Below, in pieces: positions 35,881-51,801 of a stretch of 64,000 nucleotides of DNA. Within the stretch, counting starts at the first letter, position 1. Every line of letters starts with the position of its first letter. The stretch comes from Xylographa opegraphella (lineage: Eukaryota). The notes beneath the pieces were generated by a model. The model was given only the letters and a program-made list of their open reading frames with translations. It did not search any database and was not told the origin of the DNA. The stretch covers positions 124,001 to 188,000 of the forward strand of contig JALDZX010000001.1 of NCBI GenBank assembly GCA_022813865.1, read 5' to 3'. Both the position numbers and the translations under genes were made by a program.

Positions 35881-37592
35881 GGAGCTAGAGAGGCATAAGC
35901 TGTGACAGCTGGACCCAGAATCACTCTGAAAATCACGGCGACATAGGAGTGGTTATGGTGAACCTTTCGGAATGCAAAAAAACAGAGCTTCTTTGTATGG
36001 TGAGCCATGACTGGTTTGCAGTACTTCGTGTCTTTTATTCTTTGTCCTATAACAAGACTAGCAGAGCTGGCAAGGGGATTGTGAGGCCTTTCGGCGGACG
36101 GTAGGATAAGAGTAAAGGACGACTTCTTTGTTCCCGTCAGTCATTGTTTGAGGTTTCGCTCGACCGAACGCGGAAAATCGATGTGGTGAGACATTCCTAT
36201 CAACGAATCAATGCAAGAATGCGCTGAAAATGTAAGTAAGCTCGGAAAGTGCAAACAACTATTGATTAGATTCCGTTTTGTCTCAAAACCAGCCGAGTGT
36301 GTCTCACGACTTTGAGGTATATTATCAAAGCGAGTGATGATGATTTTGAGTACAATAGCCATATGTTGTGCCAAAGCGCGATTCAGGAATCAATAGAGTA
36401 AGCACTCTGCGTCTTCATTGCGATTCTAACTGTGGCGAGCGCCTTTTCATCTTGTCGTCGCTGCAAGGCTAGTAACGCTTCGTTGAAGAGCACACTGACT
36501 TTTCTGTTGCCGGTTAAGTGATTGATTGTCATGTCTAAGAGTATAGACAACTAGGACGGACTCCCACAGAGCGCTGTCCGGTCGGGACGCCAAATTGCCA
36601 GGTCATTGTTGTCGACACGAAGGAAATGTGCACATACCTAGTCGCAACAAAAATCGAAATGGTGAGCAGAGCTGGGTATTCGTAGAGTGCTATGTTGGAG
36701 TGAGAAACAACATTATTTAATATTGAGACTTCAATCTTGCATGGAGGTGTGCGAAATGCCACCTGATCAGTGTGGTCTGCGCTTTGATCTTGATTGAGCA
36801 GAATAACGAGAAATGGAACAAGGACACTATCAGGCAAAGCTATAAGAGAGTAAGCCACTCTCGGGAGATCTCTGTAATTAGTTATGCTGCTGCTTTCTTC
36901 GGATGCACGAACAGGTGTTGGTGTAAGAATCCTACAGAAACATCGATCGTGGGAGAACAGTGGGAGCACCGGATCAGAGGCATCGAGTCTCAGTGTATTC
37001 TACACTGGAGGATGGATCCTCAGACACGCATCATAAATCAGAGGACCTCATCATTACCTGATCTTATGTAGGGCACATTTGATGACAAAGTTGTCTGTGG
37101 GATGGTATGAGCACACATTGTGTTTCCAGCCGATGTCAAGAGAAAGCATTTGTTCCTTAACGTAGGGCTAGGCTCAAGTAGCTACTAAAGTGAAGTATCT
37201 TGCCCATCGTACTATCAGTGCTGAGATGTAAGGAGAAAGGCCCACTCATTGCAACCCACTATTAATACAAAGTTGCATCAAGGTCGCAGCTTTCATGTTG
37301 TTCCCGATTACACAGAGCAGCCATAAACACGCTGAGCTATCCTACCCATATTTAGAAGAAGCGCCGCCACTGCATCGCCGTAGGGTATCGTGTAGGCATT
37401 ACAATCCACACATGAAGGGCGCCGACCCAATGCACTCGTGTCATCATGCATATGATACATAGTTGCTCGCTTCAATGCTTCTTCTTGCTGACCCACATCC
37501 AGACATTATGATCCAAGAATTGCCGGCAAACACTCCTCTCCGGAAATCTTTTCGCTTGAACTGAACTCATCACACAGACATGGCGCGTCGGT

Positions 37593-40136
37593 TTACCGTC
37601 GGGGAGTCATTCCGTTGCCCAGCTTCAATTTTGCCGCCTTCGGGCTGGGCGCCTCTGCTTCGCTCTCTTCGTCATCCTCAGAGTCCACATCGTCATGGTC
37701 CACCTCCGCCGCAGAGCCCTCGTCGTCGTCGGACTCTGATGCTTCGTCGTCGATAAATCCGTCGGGTCCACTTTCAGCTGCGCTATCATCCGAATTCAAG
37801 CTTCCATCTTCCATGGCGCGCGGCATATCATCCATGTGTTCATTATTATCGCTCGATGATTCATCCGTATCTGGGCTATCCTGCTTTTTGATGGTAATTT
37901 TAGATCGCGCGTTGTCTGCTGTGCCAGTTTCGGCTTGTTCCTCATCGTCAGAACTGGAGACCTCTTGGCCTTCCACGTAGACAACCCCGGTCTCATCATC
38001 TTCGTTCGTATCATGAACCCCGAAACGGCTTTGCACACTCTGGCGCAAGTTCATTTGAGCCTCGAGCATGTCTAATTTACCTTTCAGAGACAGTAGTGAC
38101 TGTAGGCTATTTGCTCGTTCTTTCACTACACGATGCAGTGAAGTCAATTTTTTGACAACCTGTGGCTGGCTTGCGAGATAGCCTCCATGCGCTACAAGAG
38201 TCCATTGAATCCAGACCATAAGACTTCCCGCCCTGCCAGGCCGGTTGTGCAGCCTTTCTGCTAGTTTCTCCAAAAGGCTGGCTGCCAGCACTGAGTCAAG
38301 TCGCTCAATGGTTGCACGTACGATATTGAGGTCCCGAACGTGGAAACAAGTCTCGAGAAGACTTATATCGTTTGTTCGGAGTGATTGTGTGAGAACAGTC
38401 CCGAGAGAAATCCCTGAAGCCAATTTTGTGGCGCCATCCTTAGTTGCAGCTAGTGCTTGCCTACTTGGGTCTGGAAAAGCGGCCGAAACGTCAACAACAC
38501 TGGGTGCAGAGGCACGTATGAGGTCTCCAAATGTTGGCTCGTCTGCCTCGTCGGAATCAGCAGCAACATTATCATTGGCGTCCTGCATGTGCACGTCGCC
38601 GTTGGTATCAATTTCTCCATTGACAAGTTCGTTGCTTGCTGACCTGGGCGGTGCCTCACTTTCTTCTTCTGGTTCACTATCCTCTTCAGCACTCGAAATG
38701 TCGATAATGTCGTGCACTTCGTCAATAGCCATGGCGTCATCCATATCTCCGCCTTTTGCAACAATGGTATGTGACTCGTCAACATGACTTCGGCCGAGTT
38801 CCTTGACTCCGTTCATCGAGGTTACGCCAGGTCCAGCAGAGAGTTTTGCTTTGGCGATTTCAATCGCACCTTTAAGTACGATTTCGCCAGTCCTGTCATC
38901 CCGCCATGTTATTCTCTCAAATCTCAAGCTCATTCCTCTTTCTGCCCAGACAACGACAACCTCATTATCTTCAAAAGACGCTCCGAGAACAGGAATAGGG
39001 GAAGCAGTTTTCCCCGTAGTTTTCAACTTGATTGTTGCTACTGCTGTCCGAGTTCTGTCACCACGGACAGGCTTGAGACTGGCTGGCTCTTTCGGCTGTG
39101 AGGAATCCTGAAAAGAGAAAGGTGAGGGAAATAACCCAAGCTCCCCTTGCTCAGTCACAGCAGCGAGTATCGCTTTCTCCGCCGAATTGCTTTCATGATG
39201 GCCTACGTTTGCTGCAAATGTGAGTGTTTTCACATCGCCAGAAGCAATGAGTGAGCCCAAGATCTTGCCTGAATTAGTATCGAGAACATGAATGTATCTA
39301 TCCGATTCTGCGGCGGCCAAAAATGAAGGAGGCAAGGGTTTGTCAGAAGGAGCTGCGATAAGCGTATGTACAGGATTGTTGGAAACGGTAAACGTTTTTG
39401 ACTTGGTGGAGGAAGTGGTATCAATTAGATAGGCGTTGTGTGAAGCACAGAACATCGATAGAGGCAACGGGAGGATTGTCCTGATTGACGCACTCGGAGC
39501 CGCAATAGATCTTCGAGGAATTAACATGCGGTCTCAGGAATGAGCTCCCAGGGGCGTGCCATACTTTACAGCAATCCCAGTTTTCAGATTCCACTGTACC
39601 AATTTACTGTCCTCACCCAAGCTCCAGGCCTGCGAAGACAGCCCATCATCCAGAAACTTGAAGTTCCGAATACCCTGAACATGTTGATCTATCAACGTCT
39701 TGACATATTTCCCCTCAGCAGCTGAGAAAAACTGTATGTCACCAGAGCTGGTCCCAATCGCAACAACGACTTGATGGTGTTTTAGTGAACCGTTGACTTT
39801 ATCCAGCCTCTTTCTTTTCTTTGAAGGCGGTTCATGATAGTGCTCCTGCTCGGCGGAAGCATAATATCCCCATTCGAGACAGTTTATTCTTGTCTTCGAG
39901 CCTTTGGGGGCTTCGGCGCAATTCAGTCGGCCTGTGGTGGTATCATGTATGCGGAGCTGCTGGGAGTCGAAACCTTGTATGACGGATGCGAATAGCGAAA
40001 GCTGGAAACGTGACGGCGAGAACGCGGAATGCAAGATCGAGGAACTGTTAGCACTTTTTGTGGACGATGAAATAGCCGGAGCTGTGTTGGAGGAGATTTC
40101 CGATGCTGCCTGACCGGCGGCTTTCTTGCTAACCAT
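37593..40136 (-). CDS. UTP5: SSU processome subunit Utp5/WDR43 (WD40 + Utp12 domain)
   Basis: LFASVIQGFDSQQLRIHD WD40 N-terminus; SLGTVLTQSLRTNDISLLETC...RAGSLMVWIQWTLVAHGGYL...LLSLKGKLDML; acidic tail. Confidence 0.9.
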
Positions 40137-42332
40137 CCTAGGTATGGAGCTTGGTGTCTCAGATACTCTAAGTCCGCAACATTGACAAGTTGAGGAGGTT
40201 TTCTCACGGGCGTCGATCGAGCACAGTGTCAACCGTCGCTGTGCGCCAGTATTTTCACACAAAAATTGTTCGCCGAAATTAATTTAAGGTTCAATCGATC
40301 GAGCTAGAGCTTCAGAGTGGTGGGACTCCAGGTACTGTACTACGAAGCATTTATCAGCACAACCATCGCTTCGCCTCTCTGCTACCCCTCGGGCGTGTCC
40401 CACTCTTGTCGTTATCAGTTATTTCCTGTCAAATTTACAGGTCACCGTTTAATCGTGCAAAAGTCCGAAGCCTTGTCACTTTTGGATGCGCTGATATCCA
40501 ATAGCTTCACTCTCCGGCTACTGGCCACAGATCCTTCGCGGAAGTACGAACAACCGAGAATTGCAGTGCACCTTCTACTCAAGCAGCAGACGCTTGTGAG
40601 ACTTGTCAGTATCGTTAAAATCTCTGCGCCTTCGAGATATAATGCAGCCATGTGGCTTCTATTGATCGGCTTCAGAGGGGCTGGTCATTTGCGCTCTATC
40701 ATTCCACGTCTGACCAACTCGTTTTGTCATGTACCGAGGCAGCATATTTATCGCCTTTCCCGGTTTGTTTATGGATGGTTCATAGCACCGGAGAGTTTTT
40801 TCTTGCACATATCATTCTGTGTGACCTATCCTTTTATCGCAGAGTGCAATTCTATGTGTAGCGCGGTTGTGGGTGATCTTTTGACAAGGCCTTCCATTAT
40901 TCATCGCCGAAAGAAAACTTCCCACCCCTCGCCACTACTTGCGGGTAAGCGGATGCCAGTCCGCCACGGGTGCGACGTTGGCTCCACCGTACGAGTCAAG
41001 CTCACATCAGACAGCGCAACCCGTCACTTGAACATCGCAGAGGACTGGAGGTTGCAGGTTGGACTGGCATCAACGATCGCCGCCTGGACTGATGGCAAAA
41101 CGTGATGGGGGGGGATTATTATTTTTTTTTTTGATCCGGCGCAGATGCCTGATGTAAGGGCGCGGTCATGGACAGTAAAAGGGGGCACTTGCGCGGCCGA
41201 GCGACAGGGATGTTGATGCAAGTAGCAGCGGCGCCAGCCAATGACAGGGCTGCTAAGCATCTCTAGCGCGGCCACGGTTTCGTTTAAATAGCTATTTGAC
41301 TCCGCTCTGTTCCGTCGTCTCTCTTGTGAAAAAGTTGTTCACGATCCCATATTAATAATCCCCTCGGCCTCTCTCCCCCCCCCCTCGATCTTCACACCCG
41401 GGCACCCTTCACTCCGCCCACCAAACGATCCGTGATCAACACCAACAAACCAGTGGATTTAAGACCGCCCTCGTGACTCTTAACTCCACTGATCGGAAAA
41501 CCCTGAACCGGCCGACCAAACATCTCTCCTCGCGTAATTTATTTCGGATTAGGGGTCGCTTTAGCTAGCTGGACCCTCGACCCGCTCTTCGCACTCCCCC
41601 ATTCCCCCGCCCACAAAAGAAACGTTGCGCGCAACGCGGAACTGCTCCCTGCTCACGACTCGCTTGGCGACGTGTTTTGAAGCTATCCACGAACGGCCCG
41701 ATCAGGAAAGAAGCACTAGTTATTCTCCATAGCGCATACCTGTGACGGCGATTCTTCTGTCACCTTGCATGCAGGATCAAGTGTCGGGGTCACTTTGATC
41801 ACAGGCGCGCACTCATTCGCATTACCGCAGAATATACCAGTCAACCTCTTTGCTCGTGTTTTTGTTACTTCCTTTCTGCTATCAACACCCTTCTACGGCA
41901 CATCAACATTCACATCAATCGCGCGGCACGCTACTGGCAGCGATCACTGTCCTTACTATATCATCCACTCAGTCGCGTCCTGACTTCCTACGATCGCATC
42001 TGGACCTGATCCATTGGGACTTTCTCAGAGCTGAGCCTTTTTGTCTCCAACCTCGCAGCGCGCTCTCCCTCCTCGTGACTCTTGCCTTCATCAAATGGCA
42101 CTAGTCGAGTCGCAGCGTCTCCGCGACGGTTCTCTGGATCCAGTCTCGTCAGACACCGCTCAACCGCAAGCTGTAGATAATGCATCCGACTTTCAGAGGT
42201 GAGTCAGATCGGCATTTTCCGTCGTCACCATCTTTTGGCTTATTTGTGTTCAGTTCACCGAACAAATTACCACTGAAAGAAGCTTCGGCCAACGTCGCTG
42301 CATCGCTAGCTAATTCTAAGCTTACACCGACA

Positions 42333-45100
42333 ATGGTCGAGGGTGATCTGATGACATCTAATGGCGTTTCATCACAACCAACTGATTCTAATGACGTGAC
42401 CACTGGAACAGCTAGCCTAGCCACTTCGTTAGTGTCTAATGGTGTTCACCCTGAATTATGTACTCAAACTTCACTCAATGCGTCAGAGTCGCTGAACTTG
42501 CCTACGTCCAATGATCCTGCAGTGCAACAGCCTATCTCAGATATTCGGGATGCTATCGGACCCGATGATCCGGTGAGTGCCAAGCAAGATGATGATCAAG
42601 CAGCGATGGGTGTTGCCGCAGCGGAGGCAAGCGTGCCCAACGGTGTCTCTGATCAAGCCGATTTGGAAGGTGATTTGGATATGATCTCTGCCCCAGACCC
42701 GGTTTCAACTGCTGAAGACTACATGGAACACTCGAATGTACTGGACACCGCGGTTGACGCAGAGAACGTCCATCTTCCGCATCATGCTGCAGTACCTTCT
42801 ATTGAAGGCCGACTTCAGGAAGCTTCTCTCGACCCACCTGCAACTCCGGTCACCGAACAATCGCAAGTTACCACACAAGTAGATGCACTCCAGCCAGATA
42901 CGAATAGCGACATGCAAGCATTAACAGACGATCAGGTCATGCAGGATGTGCCATTGTCGCCACGAAAGGCTGCGAGAAGTCGGGATGAGGATGACGACGA
43001 GGACGAGCCGGCTACTAAGCGCTTGAGGGCCGAAGGTAGTGGCTCTCAGGCTCCCGAGTTCAAGGTGCCAGAGCTTCCGCCGATCACTTCCGAACAGGCA
43101 CCCTCCAGTACTCCTCAAACAGCAGATCAAGCTTCTACAGCGTCCACTCAGACACGAAGTGTAAGCGACAAGAGCGCTTCTGTACCCCTCACCAAAGCGC
43201 AACATAAGTTTCTTCTCAAGGGTATCCAGAATTTACGACGTACCCATAATGCCAATCCTTTCAACCAGCCGGTCGACCATGTTGTACTGAAAATCCCTAC
43301 ATATCCCGATATTATTAAGAATCCAATGGATCTTCGCACAATGGAAGAAAAACTCAAGAACGATACATATGCGTCTATGGATGTCTACGTTTCAGACTTT
43401 AATCAAATAGTGGAAAATAGTGTGGTGTTCAATGGCTCAGAGCATCCGATCACGAAGCTAGCTTATGCGCTCAAAGCCTCCTTTGATAAACAAATGGCTA
43501 ATCTGCCATCGCCTGATGTTGCGGAAACAGTTCGTCCGACCAAAAGAGAGAAGTCTGTGAACGTGCCCACCGGACCGAAAGCTTCGACTGCACGCCGTGA
43601 GTCACGCTCTTCGCTCGGCAACCCAAAGACACCCGTCAGTGCCAGCTCCCCACAAACTTTTGCTCTTGGTCCCCAAGGCGTTCCTCTCATTCGACGAGAC
43701 TCAACCGCACTTGATGGCAGGCCGAAGCGAGAGATCCATCCTCCAGCTCCACGAGATCTTCCATATTCGAACCAGAAACCGAAGAAAAAGAAGTATCTAT
43801 GGGAGCTAAAGTTCTGTCAGGAAATCATCGATCAATTGAGAAAGCCTAGATATCAGTCCGTCGGTTGGCCATTCCACAATCCGGTCGATCCGGTTGCCTT
43901 GAATATTCCTACCTACCACAAAATCATCAAGAAACCCATGGATCTGAGCACTGTCGAGTCGAAACTAAAGGGAGGCCAGTATGAGAACGCTAAGGAGTTT
44001 GAGTCTGATATCCGTCTTATGTTCCAAAATTGCTACAAATTTAATCCTGCAGGCGACAATGTGCACACCATGGGCAAGGCTTTCGAGGCAGCTTTTGATG
44101 CCGAATGGAATCATAAGAAGGAATGGATAGATAGCCACACGCCAGCTTCTGGATTACAGAGTCCAGGAACTTCTCCGGAGCCAGAGGATGAAGACGAAGA
44201 GGATGAAGAAGACGAAGAGGAAGAAGACGAGGAGAACGAAATTTCGATATTGCAAAAGCAGATTGCCGCTATGTCGAAGCAAGTGGAGCTGATCCAGAAA
44301 AAGAAAGCATCGCCTCCAGTGGTAGCAAAGAAAGCGTCGAAAGGCGGCAAGGCAGCTAAGATTCCACCCAAGAAGGGCGGATCGGCCATGGCTACTAAAA
44401 GCGAATCGAAGGGCTCTTCAAAGTCTACTAAGAAATCCAAACCCCCTTACGTCACATATGACCAGAAGCAGGACATTTCAAACAGGATCAATATGCTCAA
44501 CGAAAAGCACATGCAACAGGCTCTGAACATAATCCGAAAAAATATGCCTAATCTTAAAGTAAGCCATTATTTAACATGTACCGTGCATGACGATGAACGA
44601 TCTTATATAGATACCACCATTATCAAAACACATACTAACCATACTGTACCTCCATAGGGTGTGCAGGAAGATGAAATTGAGCTTGACATCGACGAGTTGT
44701 CCAACGAAGTGCTCTATCAGGTATGCAATATCGAGTACGAATAGTATACTCGTCTGACGTGAAAATCTTTCAGCTCCTTCACTTTGTACGTAAGCATGCT
44801 CCTCACCCTGAGGATTCGCCCGAACCCCGACAGATTGCAGCCCCAGCAGCTGCTGCACCATCACGTCCTAAAAAGAACAAACCAATGAGCAAAACCGAGC
44901 AAGAAGCTAAGATCGACGAAATCCGGACCAAATTATCCGGCTTCCAAAATGCTCCGTCTGACGGATCACCAGAACCTTGTAAGCGAGCGTGAAGGAAGTT
45001 AGAATGTGCTGATGTTGACCACTGTATAGATACTCGAAACCAGCCTGCCGAAGACACAAGCGGAGATGAAGATGATAGCGAGGAAAGTGAAGAGGACTGA
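42333..45100 (+). CDS. BDF1: BET double-bromodomain protein Bdf1
   Basis: Two bromodomains (PFNQPVD..IPTYPDIIKNPMDL; WPFHNPVDPVALNIPTYHKIIKKPMDL) and an ET domain (YDQKQDISNRI, EIELDIDEL). Start ambiguous among 42180, 42333 and 42351. Confidence 0.94.
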
Positions 45101-45727
45101 GCGCCTCATCACTTACGCTTTCTGTGGGAAGTAAAATCTTGATGCTCTCTTCACTAAGATGCACCTCATCAACCGCTCTCAAGTTTGGCCACGATCAATG
45201 TCTCTGGACCCTTGATCAGACCCGCGAAACCTTTTTCGGATCCCAGCATAGTGTTCTTGGCTGGAGCGCTTCCACCGCAGCACAGTGCAGATTACTCGCG
45301 AGAGATTTCTGAGGGCGAGGCAATATGTTTGTACCAAATCGATCCCGTTGCAAAGCTGCGACGAAGCCTTGAGCATCTGTTGGGTTCCTTGTAGGTCTAG
45401 TAGGTAGGACTGAAGGATTATTGAGACGCTAGCATCGAACCCATACTTTGCTCGAATGAAATGTCTGTTGCATAGGTACCATGTAGTCCTTTCCGTAGCA
45501 TATTTAATAGATGCCCATACCTATGGAACCGATGCTTGTCAGAGTCGGACTGTGACAACATAATCGTCGTGCCTCCACATATCAGGCCCCTTACTGACTT
45601 TAAAATATCTGTTAAGGAGACACATCCGGCCTTGGCGCGTCGCAAATTATTCGTACCTTTCGTGCTCTAGCTTCTACAGCTTCGAAGCTCGCGTCTATCA
45701 TAAAGCGACTTGTATTTTGGGCCATAG

Positions 45728-47316
<1,589 letters not shown>

Positions 47317-48082
47317 GTAGTAGTGGGGTCCTGCTGCTTTGAGCATGGCGTTCAAGGTACTGGAAGGAGTCTGCGAAAGAAAAATCAACAGCAGAAGTGT
47401 ACTGCTGCGGAGTCACTTTCTGGACTAGGTCCTCACAAAGGTGCGTTGTGACCCCACTGGGGAACAAACGAGGTAGATCTTCAAAATAGGAAGTGGAGCC
47501 ACCGCAGTTTTTGCGGAGAACGTGGCAGCATCCAGTAGACGTTGTCTGCTACCGCTGAGCTCCTATCACTAGAAGCCTGTTTGAGGATCGGAGAAGAGTT
47601 CAAGCTGGATGGTACTTTGACCGTTGCATCTCATTGAAGCTAAGCTGAAAGATCCACGGTGGAGATGGCATTCGAAATCTTCTGAACTTCACAGTCTCCA
47701 CGAGTATGCAATACTCATAGTATGTAGACAAGATAAATTCGAACGCCCAGCAACATATGAATATTGGAGTTAAACGGTTCTGTAGCCATGCTGTATGTAC
47801 TAGAATAAATCTCCATATTTGGATCAACCGGCAGCCTGTATCACCCATCGGCTGAAGGGGTGCCAGATCTAGAATATCTTAGACTCGGGATTACGATAAG
47901 CGAGGAATGATATCGCGTATATTGACATTGACTTACGCTCTGATCTTAATGAAAGTCAGCAACTTCTACGAGGTTCGACATCCGCTTGTCTCGGTCTATG
48001 AGCTTCTCTGTTAGTCGCCACCTGATGGTAAACGTTCCTACATTTGTATCATGTTCTGAAGAACAAATCCCACCTGGACAAT

Positions 48083-51000
48083 ATGTTCCAGTCCTTCACC
48101 GGCAATTCTCGGCGGCCACGGCAGGTCAACCTCTCGGGTCGCAACACTAATCCTTTCGCCGCAGTCTCAAATTCGAAGACTCTAAGCAATACCCAGAAGT
48201 CACAGGATGCCATCGCACACGCACAGCAAGAGAGGAGGGCAAGGCAACAGGAAAGGGAACGATTACACGCAGTCAGGACCATGCAGCGAACGTGGCGAGG
48301 CCATGCAACAAGGAAGGAGATCAAGGACAGATTCAGGCAAGAATGGGACTACAGGGAGAATTTCTCGGAATCAGAGTCCGCAGCAAAAACAGACGGATAT
48401 AACTCCCAGTCGGAGACCATTACCCAACTGAATCTGCTCCTCCGTTTTGCATCGCCACTCAACAGCCTCGACATACGCAGACTCCAACGCTTTGCTTCCA
48501 GAGCAGTCACAGATCACGAGAGGCCAATATGGAGTTCTACAGGATCGACGGGTTGTGAATGGAGACAGCTTCTGGCCAGGACATCCCAGCTGTGCATAAA
48601 AGTGATTCAGAAAAGTTTCAAGACCTCGCCTTTACCGGAAGACATCGTACATGATTTACTGGTTCTTCTTTGCGGGATCGCGAAAGCCATACCTGATCAT
48701 ATAGCAAATCAATATGAGGATTATTACAACACCTTGAGCAAGCTCGTGCGAACAGCTCCTCCATATTCCCCACCAGGAGGATGCAGTAGTAGTCTTCTCG
48801 AAGCTATTATTATCGCGCCATTGCAGGATACTAAGATATCACAGTCTTACAAAGCCTTTGCGGACGCCTTTCTCACAACTCCTCAGCTGCAACAGCATCT
48901 CAACTTAGACAATCTAGCCACTGGCGTAAACATTAATACGTTAACGACGAAGCTGAGAGAAGTTCTCACGTCGGACGATGGCACACAAATCATTACCACG
49001 AAGTCCAAGGAAGACCTCCTGTGGTTACTATCACACTTTACATACTTGTGGCGAGCCCAGCCAGCCAAACACACCAAGAAGTCCAGTCCGAACACGGATT
49101 TTATTGCTGTAGTCTCCATATTACTTTCTGGTCTTGCCGAGGAGATTATATCACGTCAGGGCACGATTCAGAGATCATCGCCAAATCCTCTGCCAGACTT
49201 CGTTGCCAACCAGATTTCTAAATTAGTTGACCAGGAAAGCGTTACGGGGCTACTTAATCACTCCGAGCTTCTGCCAGCCAATGGCATGGCCAGAAACAAA
49301 ACTTCCCAAGATGCAGCGACTTTGGCCACTTACGCCTTGACTCTGCTCCGTGTGTTTCCCCAGCGAAATGATGAGATACGGATGTGGTTGTATCTTGGGT
49401 CTGCGCAGCGGTCACAGGGGAATGGCTCCGAAGGAGTTGTGCAAGTCCAAGCCATCCAGTACTTCTGGGAAGCTGTTGTACAGACAGAAGTATTTCGTTT
49501 AATTTCTCTCCACCCTGAGAATGCCGTTGGACTACTCAAGAGTGATAGTAGTGATCAGACACGGGGCAGGGATACTCGGTCACAAGATCGCTACATTCAA
49601 GCGCAGGAGTGGAGAGTCATCCTTCTCTTTCTTGAACTATATACGTTTGTATTGAAGGTTATGGACGACGAAGAGTTCATGAACGGTGCCGAGCCTGATC
49701 AACACCGTCTACCGTCAGCTCGCCGTGGTGCGCTCAAACTCACTCAAGTCAAGGATCTCACAATATTTCTCAAAAACCTTGCCTTCTCAATGTATTGGAA
49801 TGCTGCCAAAATATCAGGTGTTGTGGCACCCGTCACCACTCCAAGTCTGGCAGGGTACTTTGGAAACTCTAGCGCAGTAGCGCCAGTCAACATTGATAGT
49901 GCGGAAGCTTTGGACAGGCCGAAGGTCGCTGTTATTGCCGGTATAAACGGAATGACGCTTAGCTACATGCAAGGCATGGTCACTGGCCTTCTCCGGATGA
50001 TCTATGAACGCGAGTAAGTTATATTCCTTACTCAGTTTGTCAGGAATTCGAACTGACCTACTCTAGCTCGCGAAGGAAATTTCTCCCAGTTGGTCACTGG
50101 CTTATGACCAGCCACTTTGATATGAAAGGATTCATTTCGAAAGTTGTTCTAGAGGAAGAAAACAAGCACCAAAACCAGGAGACAGAGGAAGGTGTTGATG
50201 ATTACTTGCAAAGCGGCGTGGATGAGGACAACGACCTAGAACTTCTAGTTGGCACAAATCGAACTCAGCAGGTCCGCAGGATTGAACGTATGCAGTCGCA
50301 ACAGCGTAAGATAGCGAAACGCAAGCAAGCTGAAGCTCTAGCACCTCGTCTTTCTATACTACAACATGTGCCATTTTTCATCCCTTTCACAACCAGGGTT
50401 GAAATCTTCCACGAGTTCGTGATCCTTGACCAAGCAAAGCGGCGAGGTGGTATAGTCGATGCAGATCTATGGAGAATGCTGGTGAGCAATACTAGAGGCC
50501 CAGATGACCTTGGCAAGCATCGTGCAATAATCCGAAGGGAACACTGTTTTGAGGACGCTTATAAACAGTTTTACCAGTTAGGTGACGGCCTCAAAGAACC
50601 TATTCAGATAGCGTTTCAAGACCAGTTTGGCACTGATGAGGCTGGCATAGACGGCGGAGGTGTCACCAAGGAATTCTTGATTAGTGTCACAACTGAAGCA
50701 TTTACCCCTACTGGCGGTCCGAATCTGTTCATCGAGAATGACCAGCACCTTCTGTACCCTAACCCTGCAGCAGTGGACCAGTTGAAAGACAATCTTCATC
50801 AAGTTGATTATAGCGAGGGTTCACCGGAATGGAATGAAGCAATACGAGATCTGCTTCATCAATACGAGTTCTTGGGCCGTGTCGTTGGGAAATGCCTTTA
50901 CGAAGGCATTCTCATCGACATTCATTTTGCACCTTTCTTTTTGGTCAAATGGGCCCTCACCGGCGGATCAGGATCCGCAACGAATGAATCCAGTTATCGT

Positions 51001-51801
51001 GCCAGCATCAATGATTTGAGGGACCTTGATGAAGCTCTTTACCAGGGTTTGGTATGCCGAATTCTCCACTTCATTTTGGAACATCTTTACTAATCTCTAC
51101 GATAGCTACAACTCAAAAACTACCCTGGTAATGTTGAGGACTTTTCCTTGGACTTTACAATTGTTGATGATATCTCTACCCCCGAACACAATATGAGTCG
51201 CAATTGGCAGCGTAATCAACGAACCATCACACGTGAACTGCGAAAGAACGGTGCGCAAATACCGGTCACGAACGAGAACCGACTTGTCTATATCTCCTAT
51301 GTGTCTCGTCATCGGCTCCAGATACAGCCGCATTTGCAAACAAGTGCATTTCTACGCGGACTTGGTTCCATGATCGAGCCGTCATGGTTGTCCATGTTCA
51401 ACCAGTCCGAGCTGCAAACTCTCATAGGCGGAGATTCCTCTGAGATCGACGTGTCTGATCTGAGACGCAATACACAATATGGTGGAGTCTATGTGATAGG
51501 TGACGACGACGAAGAGCATCCTACCGTGGAGATGTTTTGGGAGGTTATGCAGACCTTTTCGGACGCCGATCGCCGCAAGGTCTTGAAATACGTTACCTCT
51601 ACTCCTCGGGCGCCTTTGCTTGGGTTTGGTCAACTGAATCCGAGATTCAGCATACGTGATTCAGGCAGTGACCAGACTCGGCTCCCAAGCAGTAGTACCT
51701 GCGTCAACCTCCTGAAGCTTCCGATTTACAACGATACGACGACACTGCGGGCAAAACTTCAGTATGCCATTAACGCTGGAGCTGGGTTCAATTTAAGTTA
51801 A
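48083..51801 (+). CDS. HUL5: IQ + HECT E3 ubiquitin ligase (Hul5/UBE3C)
   Basis: MFQSFTGNSRRPRQVNLSGR, IQ-like MQRTWRGH, EAGIDGGGVTKEFL, RLPSSSTCVNLLKLP, AGFNLS*. Confidence 0.93.

Noticed and set aside
40317..41105. 262-aa ORF between UTP5 and BDF1
   Set aside because: GTG start, random-looking composition, no motif, and it lies in a divergent promoter region.
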